A stretch of DNA of 63,983 bases, counting the filler, from Trichomonas gallinae (Eukaryota): the NCBI GenBank assembly GCA_008369845.1. It is 10 parts of 10 records of this genome, joined end to end, with 100 filler letters (N's around TTAATTAATTAA, not from the genome) between each part and the next. Parts side by side here need not be neighbours in the genome. Positions count along the whole stretch, not along the records: positions 55,638 to 59,896 come from MRSU01000423.1; positions 59,997 to 61,333 come from MRSU01000443.1; positions 61,434 to 62,774 come from MRSU01000447.1; positions 62,875 to 63,983 come from MRSU01000581.1; 6 more parts are not named here. One strand, 5' to 3'. How positions within the stretch are numbered: position 1 is the first letter of the stretch; each line of letters starts with the position of its first letter. The notes below the pieces were generated by a model, which was not told the origin of the DNA, did not search any database, and was given only the letters and a program-made list of their open reading frames with translations. A program made the position numbers and the translations under genes. This document shows, piece by piece, positions 56,936-63,983 of the stretch.

Positions 56936-57874
56936 ATGAGTGATTTTTTCGAGAAGCAAGGGCTTGTTGTCAGTAAATTAATACTCGATGGCGCCTTTGG
57001 TTCTATCTCCCTTGCATATGACTCATATAACCAACAAGATCTGGCTCTTATTAAGCTTTTCAAAAATGATTTTTTGGAATCAGACTTTGAAAAGATCAAG
57101 CTCATAGATGAAAATACCAAAATGGAGCTGTTTAAATACTATAAGGACAACGATTTTGTATATTTTCTAATAGATTATGCACCTACTGATTTTTACAACA
57201 TAACTAAGAAGAGTTTGGACCTAAATCCCGATCAATTATTGAAATTCAGCTTTGAAATATTAACATCGCTTAAGTGGTACCACGATAAAAACATTTCTCA
57301 CATAGATTTGAAGCCAACTAATTTTTTGTTTGATAAAAACGGTAGAATCAAACTTTGTGATATCAATATCAGCTCAATATCAGAACCAGATCCTCCAAAT
57401 GTTAATTATAAGGACACATTAATTTTAATGGCTCCAGAAACATTGCTTTGCGATGAATATGATCCACTAAAAGCGGATGTTTGGGCCCTTGGAATCACAT
57501 TCTTCTTTTTGGCAAGTCGTGTTTATCCATTTTACGTTTCTGATTTCAATACCTATTTAGAACATATCAAAAATAGAGTTATACCAATAAATGCAATTCA
57601 AAACGAATTGTTTAGGGAAGTTATTGTCAGATGCTTGGATTATGATCCAAATAATCGCCCTTCAGTTGATGAAATTTTGATGATGCCGTATTTTGCTAGC
57701 TACGTTGAGACAAGGAAGTTGATCCGTGAACGATCAATTGCATCCAGAAGTCACAGCGTGCTCGTAACATCACCAGTCTTGCAGCAATTAACGCAGCTGG
57801 GAAGTTCAAGACTTTCTCGTCCTTCTCTTAAGAGAAGACTGATTAAGCACTTGAGCTATCAACCACATGCATAA
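56936..57874 (+). CDS. Divergent CAMK-like protein kinase
   Basis: Motifs GAFG, HIDLKPTN, DIN in place of DFG, MAPE, DVWALG and RP. Confidence 0.88.
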   Translation: MSDFFEKQGLVVSKLILDGAFGSISLAYDSYNQQDLALIKLFKNDFLESDFEKIKLIDENTKMELFKYYKDNDFVYFLIDYAPTDFYNITKKSLDLNPDQLLKFSFEILTSLKWYHDKNISHIDLKPTNFLFDKNGRIKLCDINISSISEPDPPNVNYKDTLILMAPETLLCDEYDPLKADVWALGITFFFLASRVYPFYVSDFNTYLEHIKNRVIPINAIQNELFREVIVRCLDYDPNNRPSVDEILMMPYFASYVETRKLIRERSIASRSHSVLVTSPVLQQLTQLGSSRLSRPSLKRRLIKHLSYQPHA

Positions 57875-58216
57875 TTTTTTCACATTTGTTTGTAAAATTT
57901 TATTATTTTAGTTATTTTGCTAATTTATCATCAATATTATATTCTATTTTCCATTCTAATTACAAATGTATAAAGAAATTTGACTAAATCCCATTTGTTA
58001 CTTAATTTCAATTTGTATTTCCAAAAGTCATACGACAATATATAGATTTCTGAGTGAAAATAAAATATATTAATCCTAAATAATATATTTATTAGATTGA
58101 TTTTAATCAGTTTTGATAAACATAATATTTTCCATATAAAATCTTGTTACAGATGATTAAATATGATAAGGTTAAATCTTAAGTTTTTGTAGTCATTATA
58201 TTAGTTGGAAAATAGT

Positions 58217-58221
58217 TCATT
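58217..58221 (+). promoter_or_regulatory. Initiator (Inr) element TCATT
   Basis: TCAYW 18 nt before the ATG at 58235. Similar Inr sites occur at 18798, 20602 and 61577 (+) and at 14358 and 16710 (-). Confidence 0.65.
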
Positions 58222-58234
58222 TTTGTTTGTTGTG

Positions 58235-59608
58235 ATGATTGAGCAACTTGATATTTTTATTGTTCGAGTTTTTTGGGTCCTTCTTTGTGTCACGTTACTC
58301 ATTGCCTTGTATAAAAGAGTGATAGCTAAAGATGTAATCCAAAATGACTTGAAAGTTTTATTAATCAGATATTTTTCGTGTTTTATTTCATTATTTTTCG
58401 TTGCTCATCTTCAGCTACCTTACATATATCAGCTGCTTCTCGAAAAAGGACTCACAAATTCACAAATATCCGAAATCTTCGCGTTTTCAAATATATTTAC
58501 CGCAATTTGGAATTTATTCACTCCATTTCTACTGAAAAAGTATGGTCATGCTTCACTATGCATTGGTGTTGCACTGTCATACTTTTTAAATTCGATTATT
58601 TATGCGTTTGGAACAAATTATTTTCTCTTAATTATTTCGGGCTGTTTACAGAGTCTTACAATGCCTACAGCTTATATGTCACTAATGGACTATTGGATGA
58701 CCGAAGAATACATATTGCCACCAAATTATAATTCAAATTATATATTTAACGAGTTTAGAGTGCTTACATCACTAATTATTACATCTATATCATCCCCTAT
58801 GAGTAATGCGATTGTAAAAAACTATGGTATTCGCTCAATTTACTCATTCACATTTGCAATTCCTTTGTGTTCGATTGTTATAATTGGATACTTGCTTCAT
58901 CTCAAAAATAAACAAGAGACTGAGTCAATAACAGATGATTTTACGTCAATGCAGCTGTATTTCGAAGCGAGACCAGCAAATATTTTTCTAATTTTAATGG
59001 ATATAGCTTTCGCTGTGTCAATACATATATTCACACACCACATATCAGCTTTTCTATTCACAGACAGCCACAAACCACCAATGGGATTCGTACAAGGCGC
59101 TTATGGAGTGATGGACTTAATCGCTACACAAATTTTCTCCCAAATATCAGGAACACTGCCTACAACACTATGGAATATGCTTGTTATGATTGTTACTTGC
59201 GGTTCCATGATTTTGGTTTATATTAATTTTAATAACAAATTAGTTGTATTTTTATTGATAGGTTTGACATCAGCAATGATATCAGTTACACAAGGAGTGT
59301 TGATTCAAATGAGAAAACAATATTATCTCGGCAAGATTAGAAATTATCTCATTACGATTGTCAAACTGAACACATCAATTGTCTCCTTCTTCATTCTGTG
59401 GTACACAAGGAGATTTTCCACCAGATTCTACGTGCTATGGTCCGCAATAATGATGGGATGGGGCGCCACATTTTCCATCTTATACTACAACAACACACAG
59501 CCGAATGAACAGCAGCAGCTGCAGGACAACGAACTCGCTGAAGAACTTTCTAACGAAATCGGAGTCATCACAAGAGAATCAACAACAGAAGAAGAAAGCG
59601 AAACTTAA
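58235..59608 (+). CDS. MFS transporter (MFSD5/MOT2-like)
   Basis: About 12-13 TM segments, LQLPYIYQL resembling the MFSD5 LQGPY.Y motif, and a KKYG loop. Confidence 0.78.
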   Translation: MIEQLDIFIVRVFWVLLCVTLLIALYKRVIAKDVIQNDLKVLLIRYFSCFISLFFVAHLQLPYIYQLLLEKGLTNSQISEIFAFSNIFTAIWNLFTPFLLKKYGHASLCIGVALSYFLNSIIYAFGTNYFLLIISGCLQSLTMPTAYMSLMDYWMTEEYILPPNYNSNYIFNEFRVLTSLIITSISSPMSNAIVKNYGIRSIYSFTFAIPLCSIVIIGYLLHLKNKQETESITDDFTSMQLYFEARPANIFLILMDIAFAVSIHIFTHHISAFLFTDSHKPPMGFVQGAYGVMDLIATQIFSQISGTLPTTLWNMLVMIVTCGSMILVYINFNNKLVVFLLIGLTSAMISVTQGVLIQMRKQYYLGKIRNYLITIVKLNTSIVSFFILWYTRRFSTRFYVLWSAIMMGWGATFSILYYNNTQPNEQQQLQDNELAEELSNEIGVITRESTTEEESET

Positions 59609-59817
59609 TCATATTTCTTATATTTGATAGAGTAAACTTGTTTGTATTGTTTTTTTTAAAAATTTCAGCTATTATAAATAAAAAAAAAAAATCCAAAAAA
59701 ATCTCAGATCACGTATAAATAAGGAAACTATGATATAGATGCCGGAGTTAATATTTGGAATAATGTTTTCACAAAAGTTATTGATGAAATAACAGCTTTG
59801 ATTAATGCTCCATATAT

Positions 59818-59896
59818 TTAAGGGACCGTTCTAACCGTTTTTTGTAAACTTTACAACGGAAAAAATTTTGCATTTTTGCACCTATTTTTGATCAAG
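59818..59896. mobile_element. Kolobok-like transposon terminus (TTAA|GGGACCGTTCTAACCGTTTTTTGTAAACT), running into the contig end
   Basis: Near-perfect inverted match to 61480-61510, with a TTAA target and GG terminus. Confidence 0.75.
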
Positions 59897-59996
59897 NNNN
59901 NNNNNNNNNNNNNNNNNNNNNNNNNNNNNNNNNNNNNNNNTTAATTAATTAANNNNNNNNNNNNNNNNNNNNNNNNNNNNNNNNNNNNNNNNNNNN

Positions 59997-60925
59997 TCTG
60001 CGAAACAGTTCTTCGTTTGTATGTGTGCAAGTTCATTCATATCACTTGTTGTTGCAATGCCACACGTGCTGAATGTCCCTGCTGCATTATTATAAACATA
60101 CAAATCAATACTATCAACATTGCAGTTTATTAAATAAATATTTCCATTTGTATTCCTCGAAAATGGTTTTCCATATCCATAAGGACCAAGAATTGAACAA
60201 TTTTTTATTGTGAGATCAGCATAGTATGAATAAATTGTTCCATATGATGTTGATCCTTGAGAATTATTCACAATATTACATAAATAATCTTCAAAATGAC
60301 AAATTCCACTTCCATAATGGTATAAGCAAGTGAATTGTTGAGCATTATTGTCTTCAAAAGTTGAAAATTTAATTTCAGAAGTTCCTTTTGGGTTGTTATA
60401 CTCGACTCCTGAATAATAATTTACAGAATTTTTGGAAAAATTTGAATTATATATCCCAAAAATCCCCAAATTAGAATAAATAACTCCATAGCCATTAGAT
60501 TGTCTACATGAAGAAATAGAGCAATCAATTACATAGTTTTGGAAATTTGGATTCCAAGCCTGAAGATTTACATAAGAATGAAATCCATGATATGTGTTTA
60601 GAACGACAGTATTGGTTGTGCAAAATCGATGCTGAATTAAGGAACTTTGACAATCAAAATAAATTGCTCCTCCATTACTAATTTTGGAGCATTTATTGAA
60701 AAAGCATGAAGAATGGAGGAATTTAATATAATTTGCATTAATTGAGATAGCACCTGATGAATAGTCATGGAAAATACCTTCATAAACAAATATTTCATTT
60801 GGACCTTGTGAAACAGCACAGTTGTCGCATAACACATAATTATTCCCATTATACGATTCATCAAAGAATTCTTTCCAAAGATCAACTGGTGCTTCATCAT
60901 TATGATTTAATAATATTAATTTGTT
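59997..60925 (-). CDS. Cys/Asn/Ser-rich beta-helix-like family gene lacking an in-frame ATG (possible pseudogene), 3'-truncated
   Basis: Open frame from 60925 (NGGAIYF, IQHRFC, CNIVNN). The upstream ATGs at 60941 and 60929 are out of frame and stop at 60902-60900. Confidence 0.6.
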
Positions 60926-61148
60926 TCATAAGCTTCAACATAAGAATTTATTCTTAAAAAATGGCAAATTCAAAAGTGACAATTAAAACAACGTTTTCTT
61001 CTCAAATTTAAAAGAATTGGCAAAAATGAAAGAGTTTATTTATATTTATTTTGTAGGTATTTCAAATAATATTAGATAATATTTTATGAAAACGTCACTT
61101 TTCATATAAAATTTTTATATCATAAATCGTTTTATATTTGGAAAATAA

Positions 61149-61333
61149 TTAATATCATTAACACATAACGATGATGCGCCAGCTGATCTTTGGAGAGAGT
61201 TCTTTGATGAAGCATATAATGGGAATAAATATTCTCTTGGTGATAATTTTGCGGTTTCACAAAGTCCTAACGAGATCTTTGTTTATGAAAGTAATTTCCA
61301 TGACCAATCATCAGGTTCAATTAGTATTACAGC
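61149..61333 (+). CDS. Head-to-head paralog of the 59997-60925 gene, no in-frame ATG, truncated by linker
   Basis: Reads LISLTHNDDAPADLWREFFDEAYNGNKY... after the TAA at 61146 and aligns ungapped to the minus-strand copy. Confidence 0.6.
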
Positions 61334-61433
61334 NNNNNNNNNNNNNNNNNNNNNNNNNNNNNNNNNNNNNNNNNNNNTTAATTAATTAANNNNNNNNNNN
61401 NNNNNNNNNNNNNNNNNNNNNNNNNNNNNNNNN

Positions 61434-61510
61434 TTTTGGAAAAGGTGACAAATTTGATAACCTCATAGAATCAATTGATAGTTTACAAAACGGTTAGAAC
61501 GGTCCCTTAA
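61434..61510. mobile_element. Kolobok-like transposon opposite terminus (...AGTTTACAAAACGGTTAGAACGGTCCC|TTAA)
   Basis: Reverse complement of the 59818 terminus apart from a 2-nt homopolymer difference. The subterminal sequence differs. Confidence 0.75.
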
Positions 61511-61588
61511 AATTTTTGATAATCGTAAAAAATTTAGAAAATTGATGACCATTCTTCTTTTAATCCTAGAATGATTTCATTTTTTCCA

Positions 61589-62251
61589 ATGGCTATCTCA
61601 TACAAGTCACTTGGTCTCGTAAACTCAAAGCACATCTTCGAAAAGGCTGTCAATGATGGCTACGCTATCCCAGGATACAACTTCTTCAACCTCTAACTGC
61701 TCCAGGCTATCATCACAGCTGCTGTTAAGACAGAGTCCCCAGTTATCCTTCAGGTCTCCGCTGGAGCCGGCAAGTACGCTAACCAGACAATGCTACGCTA
61801 CATGGCCAAGGGTGCTTCTGAGTACGCTAAGGAGATCCACCCAGAGCACAAGCTCATCTCAATCGTCCTCCACCTCGATCACGGTGACTCCTTCGAGCTC
61901 TGCAAGTCCTGCATCGATCTCGGCTTCTCATCTGTAATGATTGATGACTCACATCTCCCATATGACGAGAACATCGCCCTCAATAAGAAGGTCGTCGAGT
62001 ACGCTCACTCCCGCCCAGACTCCATCACAGTCGAAGGGGAACTTGGTATCCTCGCTGGTGTTGAAGATGATGTCAAGGCTGAGAAGCACACATGGCACAA
62101 AGGCCGAAATCAGACTCGACATCCTTCACGAGATCGAGAAGAAGCTCCCAGGCTTCCCAATCGCTCTCCATCCCACAGGAGTACAGCGGCCACATGCCAG
62201 CTGCTGTCGGTATCCCAGAGCACCAGCTCCGTGAAGTTCAAAAAATACTAA
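61589..62251 (+). pseudogene. fba: Class II fructose-bisphosphate aldolase pseudogene
   Basis: MAISYKSLGLVN...GYNFFNL* (TAA at 61694), then SPVILQVS, LHLDHG, SSVMID and VEGELG, followed by frameshifting deletions and truncation. Confidence 0.9.
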
Positions 62252-63271
62252 TAAAATTTATTTTTTCATGATTATTAACTCATAGCAAAAAATGTATTTC
62301 AAATTCTGAAACTGATTAGTTTTTAGTGGTCAGGCTTTTGAAAATGCTGTGTATGGTATAACAAAAATAATCTTATATGATAATCAATGGTTTTGGATGT
62401 ATTTTTCATAATCTCTTGTTCAATTTTATCATTTCATAATGATCTGAAGTTGAGATGTTACATGTTATTAGATTGAATCAAAGAATATAATTAAAATAAG
62501 CTATAATAATAAAGAATCTAAGATGTTTCTTTATGTAACTATGCATTTTATAACTGAAATGCGATTAAAGCTGAATAAAATCAAAAGATTAAAAATATAA
62601 TACCAATTTAACTAAGAGTTAAATATTAGTTAAAATGCTTGAATTTATGATGATTTGTCGCTTAAAAATATCTGAAAACTGTGAATGAAAATTACAGAAG
62701 TGTTTCAACTCGCTTTCTGGCTTTGTGATAGGATTTGAGATCTCAAAGTTCTAAAGTATCATTTTTATGTCCATNNNNNNNNNNNNNNNNNNNNNNNNNN
62801 NNNNNNNNNNNNNNNNNNTTAATTAATTAANNNNNNNNNNNNNNNNNNNNNNNNNNNNNNNNNNNNNNNNNNNNCATTTTTAAGATCTAAAATTTTAACC
62901 ATGATATATACTATATATTTGCAATATATCTATGGAAGTGCAGGGCATCCTTAATCTCAAAACTTCAAAATGAACATTGCCACCAATGTAATTTTGGCGA
63001 TATTCAATAACCAATATTAATGCTAAACAGTATATGTCTCGATTTTGATTTTGTAATAAATTCAATTTTATATCCTTAGATATATAACAATCATACATTC
63101 TAATCCTACATAGGTATATTCATTAGCTTTCAATCTGTTGTTATATGATTCTTAATTTATGAAATATAAAATTATGAGAATTTTGATGTGATTTCTTGAT
63201 AATTCATCATAAAATAGAATAAAATTTATTATGGATGGATTAGAATTGAAATTGTTGCAAAATGGAAACGA

Positions 63272-63279
63272 AAAGTGAC
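63272..63279 (+). promoter_or_regulatory. M2-type promoter motif AAAGTGAC
   Basis: Exact AAAGTGAC followed by AAAATTT about 50 nt upstream of the ATG at 63325. The motif also occurs at 24141 and 60973. Confidence 0.5.
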
Positions 63280-63324
63280 ACCAAAATTTTTGACGATGAA
63301 CGTTTAAGATTTTAGTTTTTCTAG

Positions 63325-63534
63325 ATGAACTCCGACGAGAAGACGGTGCTCCTCATGAATCTACAAAGATTCAGCGCACACAGGGCCATCGAGATCGCAA
63401 ACGGAAATCTAGAAAGACTAAATCTTCTTCTTGAAAATTCTCTCAAAACATCTCAAATCAGAGATCTCATCGCACAAAACATGCAATTAGCTGCTGGAGA
63501 GAATCAAAATAACATTCTCAATACAGCATACTAA
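63325..63534 (+). CDS. Small (69-aa) predicted helical/coiled-coil protein
   Basis: ATG-initiated ORF that is more GC-rich than its flanks, with an upstream promoter motif. Confidence 0.6.
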   Translation: MNSDEKTVLLMNLQRFSAHRAIEIANGNLERLNLLLENSLKTSQIRDLIAQNMQLAAGENQNNILNTAY

Positions 63535-63911
63535 TATACTGATAATCGCATGTTTTTTCATATCTTATTTTGTATCGACTGATCTATATATCGCTTCGAA
63601 TGCTCTCACATATTAATACAGTTGTTGTTTTTATTGTACAATCTCGGATAAATATTCTTATTTGTTTTTATAAACGATAATATTACGCTTCTACACTAAA
63701 ATACGTTTCAACCATAACAATGAATGAACATTAATAATGTAAGATGCATAATTACACACCAGGATTTCGTTAGTTCAATATCTATTCAAAATTCAAAATT
63801 TTAATAATATTTTAATAATTCACAGGATTTCATTGTTATGGTTGAAAAAAATATGGTTGCTTCTTGTCTATTCGAATAAATATATTAACTAAATATCTTT
63901 CATGAAAAAGG

Positions 63912-63918
63912 AAAAAAA
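63912..63918 (-). terminator. Pol III oligo-T terminator of the tRNA
   Basis: T7 immediately after the discriminator base. Confidence 0.8.
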
Positions 63919-63983
63919 TGTCCCAGGCCAGAATCGAACTGGCCTCTGATCCGTGTCAAGGATCCATTCTAACCAATATACTA
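63919..63983 (-). tRNA. tRNA-Val(GAC); the first 7 nt lie beyond the window end
   Basis: D arm TAGTATATTGGTTAGAAT, anticodon arm GATCC-TTGACAC-GGATC, T arm GCCAG-TTCGATT-CTGGC, 3' acceptor CTGGGAC plus A73. Confidence 0.92.

Noticed and set aside
60637..61333. ORF-track proteins MMKHQLIF... and MMRQLIF... as the real products
   Set aside because: Paralog differences are synonymous in the other frame, so these are shadow frames.
59818..61510. One composite transposon carrying the two paralogous genes as cargo
   Set aside because: Two artificial linkers separate the TIRs from the genes, so physical linkage is unsupported.
18965..62874. Repeated TTAATTAATTAA palindromes as a biological repeat or array
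   Set aside because: They are always centred in exactly 100 bp of N padding, so they are assembly linkers.

Overview
AT-rich, intron-poor eukaryotic DNA from a trichomonad (Trichomonas-like). The assignment rests on hydrogenosomal PFOR, class II aldolase, class II HMG-CoA reductase, a GP63-like protease, a saposin-like gene, and Inr/M2/M5-type core promoter motifs. The window is a concatenation of ten contigs joined by nine artificial 100-bp linkers (N44-TTAATTAATTAA-N44), so adjacency across linkers is not evidence of linkage. It holds about 30 protein genes or fragments, a tRNA-Val(GAC), an aldolase pseudogene, Kolobok-like termini, a hAT-like MITE and a tyrosine-recombinase remnant. The most notable observations are: (1) a USP deubiquitinase whose DUSP domain has no in-frame ATG and appears to start at an ACG followed by a GC hairpin; (2) an unannotated G:U-rich hairpin ncRNA candidate with ACA and oligo-T ends; (3) a TTTACRYGNCA intergenic motif seen about 25 times and amplified in local promoter tandem repeats; (4) a G34 valine tRNA; (5) three members of one secreted-protein family lacking an in-frame start. 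All calls are by eye; no searches were run.
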